Assembly (NCBI RefSeq): GCF_018977255.1
Contig: NW_024704768.1
Location: forward strand, 3,596,001 to 3,660,000
Reading direction: 5' to 3'
Source of the DNA: Callorhinchus milii
Taxonomy: Eukaryota
DNA: 64,000 nt
In this document: one piece after another, positions 11,915-22,760 of the stretch
How the letters are laid out: every line of letters begins with the position of its first letter
How positions within the stretch are numbered: the stretch's first letter is position 1
Program-made: the position numbers and the translations under genes
Notes under the pieces: generated by a model
Told to the model about the DNA's origin: nothing
What the model saw: the letters and a program-made list of their open reading frames with translations, nothing else
Database searches by the model: none

Positions 11915-12188
11915 CCCCACCCCCCACACACACTGCCCCCCCCACCCCCACACACTGCCCCTCCCACCCCCACACACTGCGCCCCACACCACACACACAC
12001 TAACCCCCCCACCCCACCCACACTGCCCCCCCCACCCCCACACACACTGCCCCCCCCACACACACACTGCCCCCCCCCCCACACACACTGCCCCCACCCC
12101 CACACACACTGACCCCCCCACCCCCCACACACTGCCCCCCTCACACACACACACACTGACCCCCCCACCCCCCACACACTGCCCCCTC
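11915..12188 (+). repeat. Minisatellite (CCCCCACACACACTGCCCC)n upstream of MYG1
   Basis: About 12 imperfect ~20-23-bp copies. Confidence 0.85.
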
Positions 12189-12219
12189 CCGCAACCAACG
12201 AATGAATGAATGAACGGAG

Positions 12220-12290
12220 CACGTGGCTCGGGATACTGGCGTCTTTCCTTTCTGCCAGCATCAAAGATGGCGCCGGCCGACCGGAAGCGG
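12220..12290 (+). promoter_or_regulatory. MYG1 CpG-island promoter motifs
   Basis: E-box CACGTG 12220-12225, YY1 AAGATGGCG 12264-12272, ETS/GABP CCGGAAG 12281-12287. Confidence 0.55.
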
Positions 12291-12348
12291 TCCGTCGACG
12301 CACAGCGTCCCCCACAGTCCCCCCCCCCGCCCGGGGCGGAGGTTCCGG

Positions 12349-15300
12349 ATGCTGTGGCTGCGGCTCTGTCCGCGCCGCTGCCTCACCCGCATGTCCGGGG
12401 CGCAGAAGCGGCTCCGCGCGATGGTTCGCATCGGGACCCACGACGGCTCCTTCCACTGCGACGAGGCTCTGGCCTGCTTCCTGCTGCGGCAGCTGCCGGA
12501 GTATCGGGTACAGGGGGGGCGCGGGGGGGGGGGGGGGGAGGGGGGCCGCGGGGGGGGGAGGGGGGGCCGCGGGGGGGAGGGGGGTTTGTCACAACTGACC
12601 ACAACTGGTCATTGTCTTGACATCGACCACAAATGGGTTTTGTCTTAAATGCCCCTCTCTCCCTCCACACCTCCTCCTTCCCCTCCTCCCTCCTTCCCCC
12701 TCTCCCTCTCCTCCTCCCCTCCTCCCTACCTCTTCCCCCCCCACTCCCTCCTTTCCTCCCCTCTCCTCCTTCCCCTCCTCCCTCCTTCCCCCTCTCCCTC
12801 TTCTCCTCCCCTCCTCCCTACCTCTCCCCTCCTCCTCCTTCCCCTTCTCCCCTCCTCCCTACCTCTTCCCCCACCCCCCCCACTCCCTCCTTTCCTCCCC
12901 TCCCCTCTCCCTCTCCTCCTCCCTCCTTCCCCTTCCCCCTCTCCTCCTTCCCCTCCTCCCTCCCTCCCCCCCTCCCTCTCCTCCTTCCCCTCCCTTCCCC
13001 CTCTCCCCCTCCTCTCTCTCTCCTCCCCCCTCCTTTTCCCCCTTCCTCCCTCCCTCTCTCCCCCCCCACCCCCCACAGCTTAAACCGGTTACAGATCAGA
13101 TAATAATAATGATAATAATCCTCGCATTTGATATAGCGCTTTTCACGTCTTCTCGACGTCTCCAAAGCGCTTCACAGAATAGACTGTAAAGTCAATCAGA
13201 AGCTGGTTGTCTCGTCTCAAGACCCCCACCGCTTTGACCGCACTTTCATCCAACAACTTGCATTCACAGCCTCCCCCCCCCCCCCACCCCACCCCTCCCC
13301 GCGGGGTAGCGTAGCGCCTCTGAGCACTTGACAGTGGCGGAGCACAATGCCAAACCGGGTGTGTGGGGGGGGGGGGGGGGGAGGTGACCGTTGGCACTGG
13401 TTGAAGAGGAAGGTCTTCAGGCGTGACCTGAAGAGGGGGAAGGAGGGGACGCGGTGGAGGGGTAGAGGAAGCGCTTTGCGACGTCCTCCCGACGTGAAAG
13501 GCCGCTGTCTGTCGTTGGGGAGGGGAGGTGGCGGCTGCCCGTCGCCCCCGGCCCGGCCCGTAACTCTCGCTGTGTTTCCAGGAGGCGGAGATTGTTCGGA
13601 GCCGGAATGCCAAGCTGCTCGCGGAATGTGACGTGGTGGTGGACGTGGGCGGCGAGTATGTGCCTGAGAGACACCGATACGATCACCATCAGAGGTAAGT
13701 AAGCTGCTGAGGGCTCTAAACTCACTCTCCGACTCACTCACTCACTCACTCACTCACTCACTCACTCACTCACTCACTCACTGATTGATGCACTCCCTTC
13801 CTCCCTCCCTCACTCACTCACTGACACTCTCACTCACTTACTGATTGATGCACTCCCTCCCTCTCTCTCTCTCTCTCTCACTCACTCACCCAAGCCCAAA
13901 TCCCTGACTGGCCCATTGCCTTGGAACGCCCTTCCGACTTGAAAGGTGCTGCACAACTGTAATTTGTTGTCGATTGGCTTTCTCACTGTTACACACTTAC
14001 CTGATCATCCATCCTCACTCACTCACACACACACGCACATTCACTCACTCACTCAACAACAACGCTCACACTCGTACGCTCCCATTACTGTGAGATCCGA
14101 GTTGCGGAAACTCGGGATAGCGTGTGCGCGGTGAGTTTTACTGTCGCGTACTCACTCGCTCAATCCTTTCCCAGGACCTTCTCGGAGAGTATGTACAGCC
14201 TCCAGCCGGAGAATCCCTGGGTCACTAAACTGAGCAGTGCCGGGCTGGTCTTCTTTCACTTCGGGAAGAGAATCCTGTCTACGCTGCTGGGGAAGGAGGA
14301 GGGAGACCCACAGCTGCCAGCCCTGTACAATAAGGTGCGTTGAGTGTTCCCAGTCAGCGACGGTAACTTGAGTTTTCTGCTAGTATTTTTGCTGGGATGT
14401 GCCTCTGAGTTTCCTTCCCTCGCTGGCAGATGTACGAAAACTTCATCGAGGAAATTGACGCCATAGACAACGGGATTTCGCAGCACGACGGAGAGTCGCG
14501 ATATGCTTTGACCACGAACCTGAGTTCCCGTGTCGGCTACCTCAACCCGCCCTGGAACGAGGAGGAACAGGACACGGAGGTGAGTGACTGTCCTGAAGCT
14601 GCTGGTATTCCCTGTGAGTCGCGGGGGGATTGGGATTCGAACCTGCACACGTTGGCACCTTAACCTACTCAACCACCGGGTAGAGCCAGCACCAAAGATA
14701 TGTGCACCCACACAGCTTGGGAATAATGATCGTTTTCTGGGGCTAATCATCTGTCAAGAAGAAAAAAAAATTGTCATTCAATTCACGACTGTTTGTGGGA
14801 CACTGCTGTGCGCAGTCAGCTGCCGGGTTTCGTTCCACAAAATGCGGTCAATCCGCCTCCCCAAATGTTCGGAAAAACTCTTTGAGACGTCTCAACGACG
14901 TGATATAACGCAGTATCAAACGTGAGGATTATTATAATATCCGGTACGGCATATGCGCACTCTCTTGCTTAACACACAAACGTACTTGCTCATATAGACA
15001 CTATACTCGCCCTATCCCTATCCCATTGCTGTTGCGCTGAACCCATCACAGGAATTCCGGGGAATCTCCAGAACGGAGATAAACCTGTTTTGTTTATTAT
15101 GTCCGGCTGAAAGTGCCTCACAGTACTCACTCCCTTCCCTATCCCAGGCAGGTTTCCGTAAGGCCATGGAGTTGGTGGGGACAGAGTTTCTGGACAGGCT
15201 GCAGTTTTTCCACAAGTCCTGGCTCCCGGCTCGAACTCTGGTAGAGGAAGCCATCAGGAAGCGATATGAGGTAAGAGCATGGCTGCCAGCATCCGTCCGC

Positions 15301-16940
15301 TTCACCCTGACTCCCTGGGATCCGCTTTTCCCGGGCCCTGGCACGTCTTTCCGACGTGAAGGATGCAACAGTTGGGTAAATCGTTGTTGATGCGTGTGGA
15401 CGGGATTAAAGCACATGTGATGTGTGCAGAATAATGGGATATCGTCACTGGGATGATATCTAGATCCAAAACACTGCATTATACCAGGGTCAACCTGTTC
15501 CAGAGTTGGAGAAATCCTTTGTCCAGGAGTAATCCCGTAGCACTGCGGATCCCGTAGTGGTTAGTGTGCTCGCCTCGCAGGCGAGAGGACCCGGGTTTGA
15601 TTCCCAGCCGGGCAGGGTAAAACCTAGGCAAGTTTCCTTACTCCACACACACGCCTCTGTTTACCCAACAGCAAGTGGGAACCCGGTTGTTAGTCGAGTG
15701 GTGGCTCGCTTTCCGGGGGAAACAATCCCTCCACAAAACAAATGTGGTCATTCGATCCACGACTATTTGTGGGGACGCTGCTGTGCGCAATTAGCTGTCG
15801 CGTTTCACCCACAAAATACAGTCACTACATTTTACAATATATTCAGTGAAGCGTTTTGAGACGTCTCAATGACGTGATAAGGCGCTGTATCAAATGCAGG
15901 GATTATTATTATAATAATAATGCAGTGCTGTCTGTCTGTCTGTCCCCAGGAGGATCCCAGTGGTGAGATACTGGTGATGGCGAGGGGAGGCTGCCCTTGG
16001 AAAGAGCATCTCTTTAACCTGGAGAAGGAGCTGAAGGTCGAGAAACCCATAAAGTTTGTGCTTTACGTAGACCAAAGTGGGCAGTGGCGGGTCCAGTGCG
16101 TGCCCAAGGGACTGCACACTTTCCAGAACAGGTGGGAGAGCGCGCGGCGTGTGGATGCGTGTTGAGCAACTAGAAAACTAATTCCCCGTCAAACCCTGAC
16201 CCCCGTCACAGTCCTGCAAACAACAACAGCAACTACTTGCACTTCTCCTGCGCCCTCCGTGCAGGGTAGTGTCTTAAGAGTGCTCAGGACACAACGGGCT
16301 GTCAAGCCACCCCCATCCAGTCTTCCTCCACGTGAGATACCTAACCTAACCCTCTCCTTCGCGCTCTCTCCCCTGACACCCTTTAATATTCCTCCGTTTC
16401 AAACATCTCTCCAATTCTCTTATTAAAAGAGTTGCCTCAATGACTGTTTGCGGCAGAGAATTACGCACTCCCACCTCCCTCCATGCGAAGAGATTTTTTT
16501 TCTCTCCCAACGTCCCCTTTTATTGTTATTTCTAGAGCGTAAAACGGTTCATCAAAGGCCTTCGAGGTGTAATAAATCCTGTGAAGCGCTTTGAGACGTC
16601 TCAGCGACGTGATAAGGCGCTATATCAGACACCAGGATCGGGCGGGGGGGGGTGGGAAAGCTGATGAGCGAGAAAAATTGGCAAAAAAGTAAACAGTGAT
16701 TGAGAATGGTTAGCGCTGGTGTGAGCTTGTGCATGATTGCTGGTGTCTGTCAGGCTGTCGTTGCCAGAGGAGTGGAGAGGCGTTCGGGACGAGGCGCTGT
16801 CTGCTCTGAGCGGGATCCCGGACTGCGTGTTCGTCCACAGCGCGGGATTCATCGGAGGGAACAAGTCGAAGGCGGGAGCGCTGGAGATGGCGAGGAGGAG
16901 CCTCCGGGACCAGTCCGGTGACGGCGACACCGCTGTCTGA
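12349..16940 (+). CDS. MYG1: MYG1 exonuclease (C12orf10), 7 exons, ~357 aa
   Basis: Exons 12349-12507, 13582-13694, 14175-14334, 14430-14579, 15148-15270, 15950-16131, 16754-16940 in frame (1074 nt). Motifs [76 protein letters not shown] at 16981. Confidence 0.97.
12653..13075 (+). repeat. Polypyrimidine (CCT/CTT-rich) tract in MYG1 intron 1
   Basis: ~420 bp almost entirely C/T with recurring ctcctccttcccctcctccctccttcccc units. Confidence 0.9.
15547..15920 (+). mobile_element. tRNA-derived Deu-domain SINE, full length
   Basis: A box tggttagtg, B box gggtttgattcc, core gggacgctgctgtgcgcaattagctgtcgcgttt, tail gtgaagcgttttgagacgtc...gcgctgtatcaaatgca(TTA)n. Confidence 0.8.
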
Positions 16941-17540
16941 CCGTCACCGCGGCTGCGTTTCAACTTCCAACACGATTTAAATTAAAAAAATATTTTTTTT
17001 TTGCATCAATCTCATCGCCGCTGTGTTCATTCCTACCTCAGTAACTGCATCTTAACGAACAAATGAACGGATGGAATTGGTAACTGGAATGTATGACCTA
17101 CACATTCCCAGTAACTACAGTAATAATAATTTTGCATTTGATCCAGAGACCTACTGATTCCATGTGCTTCACAGATCGAACAGTGAGTGCGATGTAAAAA
17201 TAATCGCGCTCTGCGACACTACACTGCGTGAGAGGCGCTATGTAAATGCAAGTTGTTATAATAAAGGCACAGATACTACACTCGACAGTAAATTTTTGAA
17301 GTGCTTTGAGACGTCCTTCCGCTGTGAAAGGAGACTTCCTAAGCGGAAGGATTGTTAACTTTATTTTGTGTGGACACAGCGCCGTTTGCATAACCGCGAA
17401 CATTTCAAAGCGCTTCCCACAACACGACTAGTTGGAAATGAAGTGACGGGTGTCATATCAGCAAACATTGCCGGTAATCTGAGCCACACAACAACCCAAA
17501 GGCTGCACTGCACGCATTCCTCGTTAGTACTACCATGGTA

Positions 17541-17873
17541 ATCCTTGTGTTTGAGCTGACGCCTCATCACATCTTCAAGACTTCTCACCAGCGCATCACA
17601 GAATATACTGTAAAGTGAATTGACCGTATATTTTGTGGTGGGGGGGGGGGGGGGAAACGCAGCAGCCACAGCAGTGACCCACAAAGTCGTGGATTGAGCG
17701 ACCAGATTATTCCCCACAAAAAGACGATCGACTGACAACTGCCAATCCTACGTACTACTGGGTAAACAGAGGCGTGAGGAGTAAGGAAACTTGCCTAACA
17801 TCTCACCCTGCCGGGAATCAAACCCAGCGCCTCTCACTTGCGAGCGCTCTAACCACTAACGCGACGGGACTCC
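17541..17873 (-). mobile_element. Same SINE family, degenerate
   Basis: Reverse-complement head (ggagtcccgtc...gtggttagagcgctcgcaag) plus tail. Confidence 0.7.
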
Positions 17874-18189
17874 CAACAACTAGTTAAAACACCGCAGCTT
17901 GTTTGCTCCGAGGATCCGTGGACAGCGATGCCTCATCTTGACGCCGACTGTCTTGCACGCTCTCGTCTTCGGCCCGAGCGGCAATGTTTTATTGATGGGC
18001 TGTGCGCTCAGCCGGGCTGAGCTCGCCCCCGGTGAGATGGCGACATTACACTTGGCGAGGGAGGGCGGTGGGGGGAGGAAAAAGGCCTCTGTAACTGCTC
18101 ACGCTTTCCCTATCTACGTATCTGCCTGAACAGCGATCAAGAGACTGAAATAAGTCTTTCCCCCTGGGAGAGACTCGCTGTTTCCTTTC

Positions 18190-18197
18190 TGACGTCA
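18190..18197. promoter_or_regulatory. Full CRE palindrome in the likely promoter of the LRRC3-family gene
   Basis: TGACGTCA in repeat-free sequence. Candidate UTR donors at 18483 (aag|gtattg) and 18774 (aag|gtcagt); acceptor at 19860-19861. Confidence 0.4.
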
Positions 18198-19101
18198 TCC
18201 ACCTACTGTGTAAGGAATACTGGTGTTAACTCTTATCGGGAAGATGACAAGGAGCTTCTCTATGCAAGACAGTCACTTCAATGGGCCTGTCGCCTCCCTC
18301 ATTGTAAATCAGCTGAACAACAGATTCATATGGTGTTTTTTAACCTGAGCAAGGTCTCTCTCTCTCTCTCTCTCCCTCTCTCCGAGGCAGCTTTATTTAA
18401 TTAACTCGCGCCGTCTTGCTGAGATTAACCACAAACGGATTCCAAGTCTCGCATCAACAGCCGTGGAAGGACCAGGAGGAAGGTATTGATTTATATTCTA
18501 TCTACTCTCTCGCTGCCCTCCAGCACATTTACTTTGTAGTTCTCCAGACGAGAATGGGTGGTGGGGGGAGGGGGGAAAGATGAGAATGGGGGAGGGGGGA
18601 GATGCAGACCCTTTGGGAATCTGACAGTGCCAATGTCTCATCAGCTACGCTGCACATCCTCCGAATGAAGGAAAGAACATTTTTTTTTAATCAGAGCTAT
18701 TCATGTCAGACTGTCGCCAATCGACTCGGTGATTACTGTTGAGAGCAGCACAGGTATACCAGGGGGCAGGAAGGTCAGTAACTTACTGTACAAATCAGCA
18801 CTAACTCACTGAATGACACTTAACTCACCAGACGACACTAACACACCAGATTACACGCTAACTCACTAAGTGACGCTGTGGCTCACTAGACACATCACTG
18901 CTGTAACTTATCCCCAAAGGCCAATCAGCTAACGCTTAAATGTCTGGGAAGAATGGACATTTGAAGGTTTTCCTCTTCGATCGTGCCTTTAGTCACCCCC
19001 CCGTCTCCAGCTCAGCGTCAAACCACACCGCTGTTAAGTGCTCTGAGACACTGCTCACGTGAAGGGCGTCATATAAGTGCAAATTGTTGTTGCTTTTCAG
19101 T

Positions 19102-19413
19102 TAATAATAATAATCCTTGCATTTGATGTAGCGCTTGCCTTTTCACGTCTCGGGACGTCTCAAAAGCGCTTCGCAGAATAGGCTGTAAAGTGAACTGACT
19201 GTATATTTGTGGGCAAAACTTGGGCACAGCCGTGAACCGCAAACAGTCGTGTGTTGAAAATGACCAATTCACTGTTATTTTTTGTTTCGGAGGGATTATT
19301 ATCAGGCGTGTGGAGTAAGGAAACTTAACCCAAGGTTTCGCCCTCTGCCTGGAATCGAACCCAGGTGACCCGCTTGCAAGGCGAGCGCTCTAACCACTGA
19401 GCTGCAGGACTCC
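19102..19413 (-). mobile_element. Same SINE family, near full length
   Basis: Head ggagtcctgcagctcagtggttagagcgctcgccttgcaagcg...gggttcgattcc on the minus strand; (TTA)n tail. Confidence 0.8.
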
Positions 19414-19919
19414 GCGGGATGCCAAGTTGCTCCCCGTTGAGCCACACCTCGGTGATGAGTGGAGGGAAGGAATGGGAGCACGAGTGCTTTATGCTACGGC
19501 TGTCTCTGTGCCCAACTGATCAATTTCAGATCCTCCCACTCACCTTCGAACCCCTTCATGCCCTGGCACCTTGCTTCCCCTCCGACCTGCTTATCCCCCA
19601 ACCCACTACCTCCGCTCGACCGGATCCTCCCTCCTACTTGCCCTCGTTTCCACTATCGGTGGCCGCACTTTCAGCCACTATGCCCTGAAGTTCTGGAACC
19701 CTCTCCCTCTATCTCTCTGCCTTACCCCCTCCTTCCCCGTCTTCAGGTCATGCCTGAAGACCTTCCTCTTCGACCGAGCGCTCTGGGACGCTACCCTGCG
19801 TGAAGGGCGCTTTGTAAACACAAGTTGTTGTTGTTGGTTTGTTTCAAGCAACCCACCTCAGGAATTGGCTCCAGACCAAGTTTGCCAGATGAGCCCATGA
19901 GCGGCGGTGAGGGCGGGAG

Positions 19920-20687
19920 ATGCCACAGGCGATGTCCTGGGAGAGGTCTCTGACCGCGACCCTGGTCTTCTGGCTGCTCGGTGTTGGGGGGACACTGGCC
20001 TGTCCGGATGGGTGCAGCTGTTCCGGAGAGAACGGGGAGCGTATCGTGCACTGCAGCCACCGGAACCTGAAGGAGATCCCGAAGGATATCCCTTGGGATA
20101 CGTTCGTCCTGGACCTGGACTCCAACCAGATCACCGAGGTGCCGGACGGGGCTTTTAAGAACCTGCACCGGCTAGTGGAGCTTTACCTGTCCAACAACCA
20201 GATAGAGAGGGTCTCGGCCACTGCATTCCGGGATGTGGCGGGGGGCCTGAAGCTCCTCGACCTTTCCAACAACAACATCAGGAGGCTGAGGCCGGAGGCG
20301 TTCAGCAGCATGAGAGCCAAGACCAGGCTGTACAGCAACCCCTGGCACTGCACCTGCGACTTGCAGGAGCTCATCAGTGTCCTCAACCCGGACCTGGAGA
20401 CGGTGAACGACATCATCTGCTCCACGGCCATCGAGGAAGAGTACGCAGGGAGGTCCTTCATCCAACTGCTAAACGCGGGGATCAATTTCTGCAACGTGCA
20501 GCAGAAAACCATGGACGTGGCTATGCTGGTCACCATGTTCTGCTGGTTCTCTCTGGTCATTTCCTACGTGGTTTACTACGTGCGACAGAACCAGGAAGAC
20601 GCCAGGCGCCACCTGGAGTACCTCAAGTCGCTGCCCAATCACCACATGATGCAGGGCGAGGCAGATACAGTCAGCACCATCCTGTGA
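19920..20687 (+). CDS. LRRC3-family leucine-rich-repeat type I membrane protein, single coding exon, 255 aa
   Basis: Signal peptide; LRRNT CPDGCSC...VHCSHRNLKEIPKDIP; 3 LRRs; LRRCT NPWHCTCDLQ; TM DVAMLVTMFCWFSLVISYVVYYV; family-diagnostic RQNQEDARRHLEYLKSLP. AATAAA at 21514-21519. Paralogue identity unresolved. Confidence 0.93.
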   Translation: MPQAMSWERSLTATLVFWLLGVGGTLACPDGCSCSGENGERIVHCSHRNLKEIPKDIPWDTFVLDLDSNQITEVPDGAFKNLHRLVELYLSNNQIERVSATAFRDVAGGLKLLDLSNNNIRRLRPEAFSSMRAKTRLYSNPWHCTCDLQELISVLNPDLETVNDIICSTAIEEEYAGRSFIQLLNAGINFCNVQQKTMDVAMLVTMFCWFSLVISYVVYYVRQNQEDARRHLEYLKSLPNHHMMQGEADTVSTIL

Positions 20688-22760
20688 GGTTTCGTGACCT
20701 CCAGCTTTTTTGTGAGCAACAAAGCAAATTCGATGTCCAAAGTGCCTGCGTAAAGTGCCTGATTTTGCCCTCGAAAGGGAGGCAGAATACCTTCAATCAG
20801 GCCCCCGTCCCAATGTGCAGCCATAGGAGAAACTGGGCCCTAGAATGCAAGCAAGGGGAGCAAGCTTCCACCCTCCCCCTCTAGTCCACCAGCATCAGTC
20901 AGGTTCTAACTGATACAACTTGCACTTAATATAGCGTCCCAGAGCACTTCAATAACAACAACTAGCATAAGCACACACCTTCCAAAGTATTGGAGATTAT
21001 TATTGCACAAGTCCAGTGGAGGCTGAACGGCCTTTCAAGGTTCTGGCAACATGTAGCCGAGCTACGTTGGTAAGCCAGTCGGGGCTTAGCACTCATCAAT
21101 AGCACCTTGGACATATTGCAGAGCTGCCTGGGTGTGTCTCCTCAAAGGCAGGTTAACCCCAGGGAAGCGCCCACTGGCAATCAGAGGAGGGGTTCATCCG
21201 GGATGGTGGGGTAGAAAGAGGTCAGCGCAGCCCAATCCCTGACCTGACCACACGCGCTTTCCGTCGAGGCAAGGTGTGATTCTACCCAATACAGACGAGC
21301 AGGGTAAACCAGGCTCATTTTCCTCTTTCCTAATCCACGGGATGCCGAGGGGATTGCAACTCCCTGCAGCGATCAGTAACTCAAGTGTGTGCATGTACTT
21401 GTGTGCGCGTGCACGAGGGAATGCGCGGGCATGTGTTTCACACTAATTCTGCTGCCGCAAATCCAGTGTCTAATTTTTGCACATCATTTCCCCCTTCTCT
21501 CCCCTCCCAAATGAATAAAAAAAATGAAGGATTGTTGAGGGTTGCTTTCTCTGACTTTCAAAGAATTTGCAGCAACCGCAGTTTCTGTGCCCCCGGCGAG
21601 GTATCCGACCATTCTCCCTGTGCCATCCCGCTCGTGGATGCGAGTGAACCGCACCAGTCTCGGTTTCCGCACCGCGCATTGTGACCAGCGCCTCACGCAG
21701 CGAGCTGCTTTGAAACACACTGGCTTTTATTTCAGGGAAACACGGGGTGTGCACTGCGTTTAGCCGAGGCAACGGACTGGATGAGACGTTAAATTCAGGC
21801 CCCATCTGCCTGCTGAGACCGACTTTAAAGATCCCATGACATCATTGGCACAGGGAATGGGGTTGTTCCCCAGTATCTTGGCTACCGCTGCCCCAGCTAA
21901 CGAGGCCATTTGCGTGACCTTAAAGTTACTACACTTAACAGCTTTTGTGGTGTATTTTGAGACAATCTGATATTGCGGGCAGCAGCAAATGAAATGCAAG
22001 GGTTGTCATTAACTCAGCTGGATATATCACATGCAAGGATTATTATTATGATTATTCATGCTGTCTAGCTATTAAATGCTGTTGGTCTGGGTTGAATAGC
22101 AGAGCCCCGACCCCCGAAAAGAGGCAGAGCGTGACTGCTTCACGGTGACTGCTCTGCATTCCCTCGGCTACGAGGCTATATACTCAAGCCAGAGAAACTT
22201 GTTTTGGAAAAAAAAAACACACTAAAATGAATCTGCAGTGGCAGCTTGTGTAGAATATTTATAACTCTGGAGACAACAGGAGCTGAGCCTTGTATTGGCT
22301 GGAAGCAAATCACTGATGTGTTGGAAAGAAGTGAATCCCGAGGCTAACAATGACCTACATTTCTGCTGCATTCAGCACCAGCATACACAAGCCCCTGCTC
22401 CCCAAGCCACAGTATTTAATAATAATCCTTGCATTTGATATAGCACCTTATCACATCGTTGAGACATCTCAAGTGCTTCGCAGAATATACTGTAAAATGT
22501 AGTGACCAGATTTGGTGGATGAAACGCAGCAGCCAATTGCGCACAGCATTTGTACAGATACACCAGGCGCACCCAAAATTCCTCCGAGCCTCAGCCTGTG
22601 AGCCCATTGTCCCTTGAAATCCAAGATGGCGAGGAAGTGTGGCTGCAACTTAAAATGTGGAGACCATTTCCCCGCGCCCCCATTTAAGAAGCCCCAACTC
22701 TGAAGACGATATCTGCCGCCCTTATCTGGACCCCCGGTCTCACTCTCCACTCCAGTTCCA

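Noticed and set aside
19920-20687. Hypothesis that the LRRC3-family gene is nested in an AAAS intron
   Set aside because: The AAAS stop is at 22761 and its likely poly(A) signal is at ~21730, so the genes are convergent, not nested.
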